Origin: Planctomycetota bacterium
GTDB taxonomy: Bacteria > Planctomycetota > UBA1135 > UBA2386
Direction: 5' to 3'
NCBI GenBank assembly: GCA_947501605.1
Contig: CANMWZ010000003.1
Span: 160,001 to 224,000, forward strand
DNA length: 64,000 nt
Below the pieces are notes generated by a model. It was not told the DNA's origin. It worked only from the letters and a program-made list of their open reading frames with translations, and made no database searches. Both the position numbers and the translations under genes were made by a program. Below, piece by piece: positions 30,106-39,506 of the stretch (its first letter is position 1; every line of letters starts with the position of its first letter).

Positions 30106-31559
30106 AGCGCCACCTGCGGCTTCAATTCGAATGGGGCGCGGTAGGCCCGCCGCGCATGGCGATTGCCGTCGGTGTCAGGGCGCAGCAAAGCACCAAGCTG
30201 CAGCGGCGCCAATGAGGGCAGGGCGTTGTCCTCGAGGTGCTGCTGCATGCGCAGAAACGCTTCGCCGAGTTCTGGCACGCTGCGCAGGGCCGCATCGCAG
30301 GTCGGCATCGTCGCCTCAACCCCGCGACGCAGCGATTCGTTGCCCAGATGACACAGCGCACTGCTGAGATGGCCTTGGCGAACGTCGGCGGCGAGCCGCT
30401 TCGGGTCGCCCGCACGGACCGCATCGATGAAGTTCGCTAGGTGGTCGCCTCGGCCCACAAAGGTGGCGATGCGCTTGCCTTCGAGATCCTGCGCATGTCC
30501 ACCGTAGTAGCTCGTCAGCACCACGCAGCCGTGTTCGCAGTGAATGACCACGCCGATGCGGGCGGAAAAGAACTCGTCCATCTGCCGCGTGTGAGCTGAC
30601 GCTGGCAAGCCGCGCACTTCGAACAGGATCGGGGCACGCTCGCTCCCGATCCAGACAAGCTGTGTGTTCGGGGTCTCGCCGTCGTCGTCCGCGCCAAAGC
30701 GCCCGCCCACCGACCACACCTGGCTCGGCAGAGCGTCGAGCCCGACGGCCATGCGGCAAAGGTCCATCTGGTGCACGCCTTGGTTGCCGAGATCGCCGTT
30801 GCCATACGGCCACTGCCAGTGCCAGTCGTAGTGAAACTTGTGCCGGCGAACCGCCTGCTGCGCGGCCGGCCCCAGCCACAGGTCATAGTCGACGGTCGCT
30901 GGCGGCGCACTCGGCTCTGCAACCTTGCCGATGCTCGTACGCGGCTTGTAGCACAGACCGCGCGCGAGCCGGATGCGACCGAGCGCACCGCTCTGCGCGT
31001 AGGCGATCGCGTCCAGGATGCCCTTGTGACTGCGGCATTGCGTACCGGAAGCAGCCACGAGGCCGGTGCGCTGCGCCGCTGCAACCAGTTGGGCGCCCTC
31101 CCAGACATCGTGGCTCACAGGCTTCTCGACGTAGGCGTGAAGACCTCGCTCCAGCGCCCACACGCCGAGCAAACTGTGCCAGTGGTTGGGCGTCGCGATC
31201 GCAACTGCGTCGACGGTGTCGCTGTCGAGCAGGGCGCGAGGGTCGGTGAAGGTGCGCGGGGCTTCGCCCAGTGCGCGGCATGCAGCCTCGGCCCGGGCTA
31301 GCACCACGGTGTCGACATCGCACAAGGCAGCGATGCGCACGCCTGGCAGGGCGCGAAACCCCGCGGTCAACTCCGACCCGCGGCCGTTGTGACCGAGGAC
31401 GCCGATTCGCACCGCGGCGTTGCTGCCGAGAATGCGCGCGCGACTTGCCGCGGTCGCAACCACCGGGCTCGCGCTGCGGCACCCCGCCGCGGCGAACGCA
31501 GTTGCCGAGCCGAGCACGAACGAACGCCGCGAAACGCGACCGTCATTGCCTGCGTGCAT
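30102..31559 (-). CDS. Tat-exported Gfo/Idh/MocA oxidoreductase
   Basis: SRRSFV Tat motif, IATPNHWH, YVEKP, DYDLWLGPA and GNGDLGNQGVHQMD. Confidence 0.92.
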   Translation of the reverse strand: MHAGNDGRVSRRSFVLGSATAFAAAGCRSASPVVATAASRARILGSNAAVRIGVLGHNGRGSELTAGFRALPGVRIAALCDVDTVVLARAEAACRALGEAPRTFTDPRALLDSDTVDAVAIATPNHWHSLLGVWALERGLHAYVEKPVSHDVWEGAQLVAAAQRTGLVAASGTQCRSHKGILDAIAYAQSGALGRIRLARGLCYKPRTSIGKVAEPSAPPATVDYDLWLGPAAQQAVRRHKFHYDWHWQWPYGNGDLGNQGVHQMDLCRMAVGLDALPSQVWSVGGRFGADDDGETPNTQLVWIGSERAPILFEVRGLPASAHTRQMDEFFSARIGVVIHCEHGCVVLTSYYGGHAQDLEGKRIATFVGRGDHLANFIDAVRAGDPKRLAADVRQGHLSSALCHLGNESLRRGVEATMPTCDAALRSVPELGEAFLRMQQHLEDNALPSLAPLQLGALLRPDTDGNRHARRAYRAPFELKPQVAL

Positions 31560-31633
31560 CGCTGCACCATACCGGAAGCCGCGGGATTTCCTCGCGTCTC
31601 CGAGGCGGTGCACCCGTAGCGTCCGCGGTCGGC

Positions 31634-32926
31634 ATGCTTCCACGCATCGGACCCCCCGAGCACGGCCCCCGTCCGCATCGATTCAGCACCGGCGCGTGGG
31701 TGCTCTACGACCTCGCGAACACGGTCTACGCCGCAACGCTGACCTTCTTGTTCACTCCGTTCGTCGAGAAGAACTACGGCGGCCTCTCCAACCTAGGCCT
31801 CACGCAGACGTGGTCGATGGTGCTCGCCGGCTTGCTGGTACCGGTGCTCGGCGCGATCGTCGATCGAACGGCGCGAACGGGGCTCTATCTGTCGATCGCA
31901 ACGCTCCTCTGTATCGGCGCCATGTCAGGCTGGGGCCTTGGCGGCGGCGAGGGCTTCATGCTCGGCTGCTTCTTCCTCGCCAACGTCGCCTACAACCTCG
32001 GCCTGTTGTTCTACAACTCGCTACTGCCTTCGGTCGCGAGCCACGAGCGCGCCGGCTTGATCAGCGGCATCGGCGTGGGCGTGGGTTACTGCGGCACGAT
32101 CTTGGTGCTGTTGTTGCTCCTGCCGGTCAAGACGCCCAGCTCGCAGTTCTTGTTGGCCGCGGGCATGTTCTTGGTCTTCGCATTGCCCTGCATGTGCTTG
32201 GTGCGTGACCGCCGCGAGGTCAGGAAGGGCCCCGCGACGGCCGCGGTGCGCGACGCGGTCGCGTCGCTTCTATCGACGTTGAAGGAACTGCCCCAGCACC
32301 GCGCGCTGCTCTACTTTCTGCTGGCCAACTTCTGTCTCGTCGACGTACTCAACACGGCGGTGCTGTTCTTCGGCTCCTTCACGCGCAACGTGTTCGCAAC
32401 CGCTGCCGAAGACGGTTCGCTGGTGCTGTTCGGCACGATCTACCGCGGCCAAGAGGGTCTTGATTCGTTCTTTGCTCTTGCTGGCCTCTGCCTCAACTCC
32501 ATGGCGCTGGTGTTTGGCATCAGCCTCGGCGCCTTGACCGACCGCTGGCCGTTGCGCGTCATGAAGCTCTCCGGCCTGGCACTGCTCTTCGCACTGGTCG
32601 GCGGCGCGTGGTTCGGCGGCACCTCGGCACTCGGGTATCTGCTCACGCTCGTAATGCTCGGGTCGCTCGGCCTGTCAGGCATCTGGACCGCCGGCCGCAA
32701 AGTCGTCGTGCTACTGGCTCCCAAGGAACGCATCGGCGAGTTCTTTGGTCTCTACGGCATCACCGTCAAGCTGTCGGTCATCGGCAGCACCGTTTACGGG
32801 CTCGTCGCCGATGGCCACGGGGCCAAGTCCGCGATGTTGGTTCAGTCGGTGCAGCTCCTCGTCGGACTAGGGCTGTTGGCTCTGGTTCGTCTTCCGCAGA
32901 GCGGCGATGCTGCTCGCGCTGCATGA
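31634..32926 (+). CDS. MFS transporter, UMF1/Atg22-like
   Basis: AWVLYDLAN, PVLGAIVD, FYNSLLP, ISGIG.GVGY and GEFFGLY; about 12 TM. Confidence 0.88.
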   Translation: MLPRIGPPEHGPRPHRFSTGAWVLYDLANTVYAATLTFLFTPFVEKNYGGLSNLGLTQTWSMVLAGLLVPVLGAIVDRTARTGLYLSIATLLCIGAMSGWGLGGGEGFMLGCFFLANVAYNLGLLFYNSLLPSVASHERAGLISGIGVGVGYCGTILVLLLLLPVKTPSSQFLLAAGMFLVFALPCMCLVRDRREVRKGPATAAVRDAVASLLSTLKELPQHRALLYFLLANFCLVDVLNTAVLFFGSFTRNVFATAAEDGSLVLFGTIYRGQEGLDSFFALAGLCLNSMALVFGISLGALTDRWPLRVMKLSGLALLFALVGGAWFGGTSALGYLLTLVMLGSLGLSGIWTAGRKVVVLLAPKERIGEFFGLYGITVKLSVIGSTVYGLVADGHGAKSAMLVQSVQLLVGLGLLALVRLPQSGDAARAA

Positions 32927-33942
32927 CGATGGTAGCCGCGACCAACAACGACGATGGCGCCGAGGGACGCCCTCCACACTCGCCGTGGTGGCACAACGTC
33001 CTGACCAGGCTGCTCGCGGCAGTGACGTGGACGTTCGGAGCCCTGCCCTCCCCCATCGCCTACTTTCTGGCCGACCTTGGCGCCATCCCCATCGCGGTGC
33101 TGTGGCTCGTCTCGGACCGCCGCGGCAAACGCGTGCGGGGCTACTGGCGTAACGTGCGCATCGTCTACCGCGACGGCGGTCTCGGCACCGCCCGCCCTCG
33201 CTTGCACCTGTGGAAGGTCGCGCGCCATTTGACTTGGCTAGCAGTCGACAGCTGCCGACTGCATCGCATCACCAAAGAGACGCTGCATCGCGTGGTTGAC
33301 CTGCGCGAACTCGAGCCCGTGCTCAAACTGCATGGGCAGCAGAAGGGCATCATCTGGGCCACTGGCCACATCGGCGTATGGGACGTCGGTGGCTATGCGT
33401 GCGCGCTGCTGAATGTGGCCATCACTTCCGTGTTCCGACCGAGCCCGATCCCCGGCGTCGACCGGATCATCTCCAAGCTCCGCACCGGTTCCGGGCAAGT
33501 CGTAGTCGCCAAGCACAACGTGGTTGGCACCCTTCGCCGCGCGCTCCAGCGCCGCGAGACCATCGGCCTGCTGTGCGATAGCGCCGGCCGCCGCGGCGAT
33601 TCGTTCCCGCCATTTCTTGGCACCGGGGCCGCGACAGTTGCGACCCCGGCACTTCTCAGCCTGTCGTCGGGCGCGCCAGTAGTCGTCGTGACCGCGATGC
33701 GGACGGGCAAGTTTCGCTTTGCGTTGCGCGTCTGGGATGTGATCCCAGCGATGAGCTCCGGCGATCGAGCCAAAGACGTGGAGCGCATTCTCCTCCGCAT
33801 CAACCAAGGACTTGGCCGGGCCGTAGCAGCGCACCCTGAGCAGTGGTTCTGGCAAGGCCGACGCTTCAAGCACCGGCCGGTCGGCGAACAACCAGGGCCA
33901 GACGGGCTGCCACCGGTGGCGATCACCTTAACGTCTTCTTAA
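32923..33942 (+). CDS. LpxL/HtrB-family lipid acyltransferase
   Basis: GHIGVWD (HxxxxD-like), GLLCD, FLG and HPEQWFW..RRFK; ATGA overlap with the MFS gene. Confidence 0.88.
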   Translation: MTMVAATNNDDGAEGRPPHSPWWHNVLTRLLAAVTWTFGALPSPIAYFLADLGAIPIAVLWLVSDRRGKRVRGYWRNVRIVYRDGGLGTARPRLHLWKVARHLTWLAVDSCRLHRITKETLHRVVDLRELEPVLKLHGQQKGIIWATGHIGVWDVGGYACALLNVAITSVFRPSPIPGVDRIISKLRTGSGQVVVAKHNVVGTLRRALQRRETIGLLCDSAGRRGDSFPPFLGTGAATVATPALLSLSSGAPVVVVTAMRTGKFRFALRVWDVIPAMSSGDRAKDVERILLRINQGLGRAVAAHPEQWFWQGRRFKHRPVGEQPGPDGLPPVAITLTSS

Positions 33943-34009
33943 TCCCGAGGGCCCGTGGTCTTCACACGGCCAGACGATTCTTCTGCACTCGAATCGCTGA
34001 ACCCTTAAC
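33927..34009 (+). promoter_or_regulatory. Candidate Pho box: 11-bp-phased CTT(A/C)A(C/T) direct repeats
   Basis: CTTAAC 33927, CTTAAT 33938, CTTCAC 33960 and CTTAAC 34004; offsets 11, 33 and 77 are all multiples of 11; immediately upstream of pstS. Confidence 0.65.
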
Positions 34010-34024
34010 CCACGGACTGACTTC

Positions 34025-34918
34025 GTGAAGATCCTCGTCATTGCTGCGGCCGTCGTTGCCACGCTTGCAGCCTGCAGCAAGCCCGATCAGAGCGGCCAAC
34101 AGAGCCAGAACCCCGGCCAGCCTCAGGGTCGAATCCTCATCCAGAACAAGGGCTCGGACACGATGCTCGAGGTCGCACAGGCTTGGGCCGAAACCTATGC
34201 CGACATCGAGACCAACGTCGGTATCGCGGTGGCCGGTGGCGGCTCACAGGTTGGCGTGACGGGCCTGATCGACGGCACGGTCGACATCGCCAACTGCAGC
34301 CGCGCCTTCAAGCCAGAAGAAGTCGAGGCCGCACGCAAGAAGGGCCACGATCCGGTTCAGCACCTTGTCGGCTTTGACGGAATCGCGATCTACGTCCACA
34401 AGGACAACCCGATCGCCGAGATCACCCTCGACCAACTCAAGGCGATCTACGCCGACGGCGGCAACGTCACTAAGTGGAGTCAGCTGGGAGTCAAGCTGCC
34501 CAGCGGTGAGGACGACATGGTTCTCGTCTCGCGCCAGAGCAACAGCGGCACCTACGAGTACTTCCGCGAAGCCGTGCTGGGCAAGACGACCAACTTCCGC
34601 CTCGGCACGCGCGACATGAACGGCAGCAAGGATGTCGTCGACCTCGTCTCCAAGGTGACTTCCGGGATCGGCTACAGCGGCCTTTCCTACGCCACGGACC
34701 AAGTTCGCATGGTGCCCGTCGTCAACAAGGACAAGAAGGCCGTGACGCCATCGATCGACGCGGTCCTCGAAGGCACCTACCCGATCGCGCGACAGCTCTT
34801 CATGTACACGATCGGAGAGCCAAAGGGCGCCGTCGCCAAGTATCTGGACTGGATCAAGAGCGATGCCGGCCAGCGCGTCCTGATGGACCGTGGCTACCCG
34901 CCGCTGCGCAAGATCTGA
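34025..34918 (+). CDS. pstS: Phosphate ABC transporter substrate-binding lipoprotein
   Basis: Lipobox LAAC; KGSDTM, GGGS, SRQSNSGTY, GIGYSG and YPIAR. Confidence 0.95.
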   Translation: MKILVIAAAVVATLAACSKPDQSGQQSQNPGQPQGRILIQNKGSDTMLEVAQAWAETYADIETNVGIAVAGGGSQVGVTGLIDGTVDIANCSRAFKPEEVEAARKKGHDPVQHLVGFDGIAIYVHKDNPIAEITLDQLKAIYADGGNVTKWSQLGVKLPSGEDDMVLVSRQSNSGTYEYFREAVLGKTTNFRLGTRDMNGSKDVVDLVSKVTSGIGYSGLSYATDQVRMVPVVNKDKKAVTPSIDAVLEGTYPIARQLFMYTIGEPKGAVAKYLDWIKSDAGQRVLMDRGYPPLRKI

Positions 34919-34989
34919 TCGTCCAACCGAGATTTCTGCTCGCTCGCGCACCGCTTGGTCGGTAGCCCTAGGCGCCACGAGGCATCGAC

Positions 34990-36054
34990 TTGACCAGCCA
35001 CTACGAAGAACGTCTGCAGAAAGACCTGGCCTGGATCCAGGACCTCGTCGCGATCGTCGGCGCCAACATCGAGGAGGCGATTGGCAACTCGGTCAAGTCG
35101 GTGTTGTCCCTCGACCGCGACTTGGCCGCCCAGACCATCATCGGCGACTACACGGTGAACCGGCAGACGCGCGAGCTCGATCGCCTTTGCCATACGTTCG
35201 TCGCCAGGCATCTGCCATCGGCTGGACACCTCCGGTATGTGTCCTCGGTACTCCGGCTCAACATCGCCTTGGAGCGTATCGGCGACTACGCAGCGACCAT
35301 CTCACGGACAGCAGCCCAACTATCGACCGAAGCGCCGCCGATCGTGCAGCGCGACATCGAGACGATGTGCGAGCACGCGCGCCGCATGCTGCACGAAGGG
35401 CTGAAGAGCTTCCAGAACCACGACATCGCGCTGGCCAACGCCACCTTGGCTTCGGCGCGACAGTTTGCCCAGCACTTCGACAAGGTGTTCGCCGACCTCG
35501 TGAAGGAAGGCGAAGAACGAAGCCGTCCGGTCAGCGACCTGTTTTCGTTGATGGCGACGTTCAACCGCCTCGAGCGCGTCATCCACCAGGCGAAGAACAT
35601 CTGCGAAGAGACGATCTTCGTCGGCACCGGCCAACTGAAGGGCGAGAAGCTGTTCAACATCTTGTTTGTTGGCGACAAGAACAACGGCGTCAGCCAGCTC
35701 GCCGAGCACTTCACGCGCAAGGCTTTCCCGCAAAGCGGGACCTACCGGAGTGCCGGTTTTGCGCCGGCGGACGAGATCGATGCTCGCTACGTGCAGTTCG
35801 CCAAGCGCGTCGGCCTCGATCTCGGCATGGTGTGGCCGACCCCTCTATCCACGTTTCTCGACCAACTCGACGAGTTCCACTTCATCGTCGGTCTGCATCC
35901 GGATTCCCGCCAGCGCATCGGCAAGGTGCCGTTCCACACCACGCTCGTCGTCTGGGACATGGGCAGCACCGAGGATCCCGAGGAGACGTATCGTCGGCTG
36001 ACGCCGTTGGTGCGCACCCTCATGGAAAAGCTACGTGGCGAACAGGCGTGCTGA
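34990..36054 (+). CDS. phoU: PhoU fused to a C-terminal LMW-PTP/ArsC-like domain
   Basis: Two PhoU repeats (LERIGDYA, LERVIHQAKNICE), then NILFV...N...SQLAE..SAG..P..GLD..W..DP; TTG start. Confidence 0.9.
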   Translation: MTSHYEERLQKDLAWIQDLVAIVGANIEEAIGNSVKSVLSLDRDLAAQTIIGDYTVNRQTRELDRLCHTFVARHLPSAGHLRYVSSVLRLNIALERIGDYAATISRTAAQLSTEAPPIVQRDIETMCEHARRMLHEGLKSFQNHDIALANATLASARQFAQHFDKVFADLVKEGEERSRPVSDLFSLMATFNRLERVIHQAKNICEETIFVGTGQLKGEKLFNILFVGDKNNGVSQLAEHFTRKAFPQSGTYRSAGFAPADEIDARYVQFAKRVGLDLGMVWPTPLSTFLDQLDEFHFIVGLHPDSRQRIGKVPFHTTLVVWDMGSTEDPEETYRRLTPLVRTLMEKLRGEQAC

Positions 36055-36064
36055 GACCCTGAAG

Positions 36065-37003
36065 ATGACCGCCCCGCCACCGAAGACGCGAATCAGCGCT
36101 GCCCAAGCGTTTGACCGTCGCGATTCCGCGTGGTGGCTGGATCGCGTCGCGATGATGCTCGTCTTCACCGGCGGCATCTCGACGATCCTCTTCATCGGCG
36201 CGATTTTCCTGTTCATCGCCACTCAGGGCCTCGATTTCGCGGCGACGCGACTTGCCTGGAGTGAGTTCTTCGGTTCGATCGCATGGCGACCCAACGGTCA
36301 CCCGCCTCAGTACGGTGCCGTCGCCTTGATCGCCGGGACCGCATCGATCACGGGCATCGCAATGTTCGTGGTCGTCCCGTTCTCGCTTGGCGCTGCGATC
36401 TACATCGGCGAGTTCGCTCGCGGCCGCCGCCGTGAATGGCTGAAGATCCTGATCGAATTGCTGGCTGCGATCCCGTCCGTCGTTTGGGGTGTCATCGGTC
36501 TGCACGTAATCGGCCCGGCCATGACGCAGATCTTCGGTGTGCCTTCTGGTCTCAATCTGCTGAACGCCGGCCTCATCCTCGGTCTCATGGCCGCGCCGAT
36601 CATGACCACGATCGCCGAGGACTCGCTGAAGGCCGTCCCGGATGCCTACCGCGAGGCCGCAGAAGCGCTCGGAGCCAACAAGTGGCAGGTCGTCTGGCGC
36701 GTCGTGCTGCCGCATGCTCGCCCAGGACTGAGCGCTGCGGTGCTGCTCGGTGTCGGCCGCGCGTTCGGCGAGACGATTGCAGTGCTGATGGCCAGTGGCC
36801 ACGCGATCAACCTTCCGACCTCGCTGTTCGACCCGGTCCGCACTCTGACGGCAACCATCGCCGCAGAACTCGGCGAGACCGCCAAGGGCGATGACCACTA
36901 CCAAGCGCTGTTCGTGCTCGGAGTGCTGCTGTTCGGGATCACCTTCGCCATCAACCTGACAGCCGACTCGATCGTCCGCGGCATTCGAAGGAAGAAGGCA
37001 TGA
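36065..37003 (+). CDS. pstC: Phosphate ABC transporter permease PstC
   Basis: IELLAAIPSVVWG, EAAEALGA.KW, GRAFGETIAV and TLTATIA. Confidence 0.95.
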   Translation: MTAPPPKTRISAAQAFDRRDSAWWLDRVAMMLVFTGGISTILFIGAIFLFIATQGLDFAATRLAWSEFFGSIAWRPNGHPPQYGAVALIAGTASITGIAMFVVVPFSLGAAIYIGEFARGRRREWLKILIELLAAIPSVVWGVIGLHVIGPAMTQIFGVPSGLNLLNAGLILGLMAAPIMTTIAEDSLKAVPDAYREAAEALGANKWQVVWRVVLPHARPGLSAAVLLGVGRAFGETIAVLMASGHAINLPTSLFDPVRTLTATIAAELGETAKGDDHYQALFVLGVLLFGITFAINLTADSIVRGIRRKKA

Positions 37004-37887
37004 GCGGGCTCGACAACCGGTTCCTCAGGACGCCGCGCGAGCAGCGCAGCCTGACGCAGCAGAGCCTGTTCCGACTGCTCTTCTTGGTGATGACTTCCCT
37101 GCTGGTGGTGCCGGTGTTCGGCATCCTGCTCGTGCTCATCGTCCGCGGTGGGCCTGGGCTTAGCCTCGACTTCTTCCTCGACAAGCCGCGCAAGGGCATG
37201 ACGGCCGGAGGCATCTTCCCGGCACTCATCGGCACGCTGTGGCTGACCAGTGGGGCGCTGCTGCTGGCGTTCCCGCTCGGAGTGTCGGCGGCGATCTACC
37301 TCAGCGAGTACGCGCGCGACAACTGGCTTACACGCACGATCAACATCGCCATCGTCAACCTCGCCGGCGTACCGAGCATCGTGCATGCGCTCTTCGGTGT
37401 CGGCGCCTTCGTGCTCTTCCTCGACTTCGGCGCTTCGATTCTGGCGGCGTCCTGCACGCTTGCGGTCATGACCTTGCCCGTGGTGATCGTCGCCACCAGG
37501 GAGTCCCTGCAGGCGGTGCCGCATTCGTTCCGCGAGGCATGCTGGAGCATGGGCGCAACTCGCTGGCAGACCATCTGGCGCCTCGTGCTGCCCAACTCGG
37601 GCAGCGGCATCCTGACCGGCGTGATCCTGTGCATCTCTCGGGCCGTCGGCGAGACCGCACCGATCATGTTCACTGGCGCCGTCTACTGGGTCGCGTACAC
37701 GCCGGAGGGCGTGTTCGATCAGACCATGGCGTTGTCGCTACACCTCTACAACGTGTCCACCCAGGTGCCGAACGTCCCGCCGGGACTGCCATTCTCGGTG
37801 GCCTTGACCCTGATCGGTGTCGTGCTGGTCATGAACGCAACGGCAATCGCTTTTCGCATGCGGTTGCGGGGGAGGAAGCGGTGGTGA
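37000..37887 (+). CDS. pstA: Phosphate ABC transporter permease PstA
   Basis: GGIFPALIGT, AIYLSEYA, NLAGVPSIV and SRAVGETAP. Confidence 0.95.
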   Translation: MSGLDNRFLRTPREQRSLTQQSLFRLLFLVMTSLLVVPVFGILLVLIVRGGPGLSLDFFLDKPRKGMTAGGIFPALIGTLWLTSGALLLAFPLGVSAAIYLSEYARDNWLTRTINIAIVNLAGVPSIVHALFGVGAFVLFLDFGASILAASCTLAVMTLPVVIVATRESLQAVPHSFREACWSMGATRWQTIWRLVLPNSGSGILTGVILCISRAVGETAPIMFTGAVYWVAYTPEGVFDQTMALSLHLYNVSTQVPNVPPGLPFSVALTLIGVVLVMNATAIAFRMRLRGRKRW

Positions 37888-38675
37888 CGCCCGCCCCACA
37901 ACCGCCGAGCACCACCGCCGTCGAGCCGATGCTCGATGTGCAAGACCTCACGGTGCGGTACGGCTCCCACGTCGCACTCCAAGGCTGCACGCTGCAGGTG
38001 CAGCAGAACGAGATTTTCGGGATCATTGGGCCAGCCAACGCCGGCAAGACCTCGTTTCTGCGCTCGCTGAACCGCATGCATGACTTCGTGCCGGGGATGA
38101 GGATCACCGGCACCGTTCGTTTTGCTGGACGCGACGTCGAGCAGGTCCGCAACGTCTACGCCCTTCGCCGTCGCATCGGCGTGGTCTTCCCCCTGCCGGT
38201 CGGTCTACCGCTGTCGATTTACGACAACGTCGCGTTGGCACCGCGACTTCGCGGCCTCCGCAACAAGGTGGCCCTCGACGAGATTGTCGAGCGCTGCCTT
38301 CGGCGTGCGGCCTTGTGGGACGAAGTGAAGGACCGCTTGAGGAACCTCGGCTCGCTGCTCAGTGGCGGCCAGCAACAGCGGCTCACGATCGCCCGCGCCC
38401 TGTCGCAGGACCCGGACCTGCTCTTGCTCGATGAGTTCTCCATCGCTGTGGACCCTGTCACGACGATGCGCATCGAAGAGGTGCTGAAGGAACTGCGGCA
38501 GGAGATGACCATCGTGCTCGTCACCAACCTGGTCCAACAGGCTCGTCGCCTGGCCACAAGAACGGCCTTCTTCCTGTCCGGTCGCTGCGTCGAGATTGCG
38601 CCAACCGAAGAGTTGTTCACTGGTGAGGTGAAGGACCAGCGCACCCGCGATTACGTCGAGGGCCGTTATGGCTAG
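37884..38675 (+). CDS. pstB: Phosphate ABC ATPase PstB, copy 1 (degenerate Q-loop/H-switch, intact signature)
   Basis: GPANAGKTS, LSGGQQQR, LLLDEF and RTRDYVEGRYG; GTG start overlaps the pstA stop. Confidence 0.92.
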   Translation: MTPAPQPPSTTAVEPMLDVQDLTVRYGSHVALQGCTLQVQQNEIFGIIGPANAGKTSFLRSLNRMHDFVPGMRITGTVRFAGRDVEQVRNVYALRRRIGVVFPLPVGLPLSIYDNVALAPRLRGLRNKVALDEIVERCLRRAALWDEVKDRLRNLGSLLSGGQQQRLTIARALSQDPDLLLLDEFSIAVDPVTTMRIEEVLKELRQEMTIVLVTNLVQQARRLATRTAFFLSGRCVEIAPTEELFTGEVKDQRTRDYVEGRYG

Positions 38676-39477
38676 TGCGAAACCCCAAACCGCGACGGCA
38701 AACCCTGAGGCGGGGCCCAGGTGGGCAATCGAATCGAAGGGACTCAACCTGTGGTACGGAACGTTTCAGGCGCTCCGCGACGTAGACCTTCAGATCAAGC
38801 ACGGCATCGTCACGTCACTGATCGGCCCTTCGGGTTGCGGCAAATCGACGTTTCTCCGGAGCTGCAATCGCATCAACGAGCGCCTCGGCTATGTATCGAC
38901 CACGGGCACCATCCAAGTGCTCGGACAAGACATCTACGGCCCGGACATCTCGCCGATCCAGGTTCGCCGTCAAGTAGGGATGGTGTTCCAGCGCCCGAAC
39001 CCGCTGCCGCTCTCGATTCGTGAGAACGTGCTGTTCGGCCAACACATCCACCGCGACGACCGCATTCCCCGCGCCGAGGCCGACCAACTCGTCGAACGAG
39101 CGCTGCGGGAGGTGCTGCTCTGGGACCGGGTGAAGGATCGACTGGGGCGCAAAGCGACCAGTCTGTCCCTCGAAGAGCAGCAGAAACTGTGCATCGCCCG
39201 CCTCCTGCCGATGCGGCCCGAGATCCTGCTCATGGACGAACCATGCTCGGCGCTGGATCCAGAGGCCACGCGCGCCGTCGAGGAACTGATCTGGGAACTG
39301 CGCGGCAAGTACTCGATCCTCATCGTCACGCACAACATGGCCCAGGCACGGCGGGCCAGCGACGAGTGCGTGTTCATGCTCCTCGGCCGGGTGATCGAGC
39401 ACGCGCGGACCGAGGATATGTTCGTGACGCCGAAGAAGCCCGAGACCGCGGACTACATCGAAGGCCGCTTCGGCTGA
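38668..39477 (+). CDS. pstB: Phosphate ABC ATPase PstB, copy 2 (degenerate signature)
   Basis: GPSGCGKST, GMVFQRPNP, LSLEEQQK, LMDEPCSALDP, VTHNM and YIEGRFG. Confidence 0.93.
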   Translation: MASAKPQTATANPEAGPRWAIESKGLNLWYGTFQALRDVDLQIKHGIVTSLIGPSGCGKSTFLRSCNRINERLGYVSTTGTIQVLGQDIYGPDISPIQVRRQVGMVFQRPNPLPLSIRENVLFGQHIHRDDRIPRAEADQLVERALREVLLWDRVKDRLGRKATSLSLEEQQKLCIARLLPMRPEILLMDEPCSALDPEATRAVEELIWELRGKYSILIVTHNMAQARRASDECVFMLLGRVIEHARTEDMFVTPKKPETADYIEGRFG

Positions 39478-39506
39478 GTGGGAACGGCGCAACCGCGCCC
39501 CGACGG

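Noticed and set aside
27883..30144. 753-aa plus-strand ORF (likewise 40095..41837, 222..1700, 51408..52880)
   Set aside because: Antisense shadows of well-supported genes on the opposite strand.
36049..36114. Selenocysteine read-through at the Cys-TGA end of phoU
   Set aside because: No convincing SECIS hairpin, and the read-through would overlap the pstC start with non-conserved-looking sequence.
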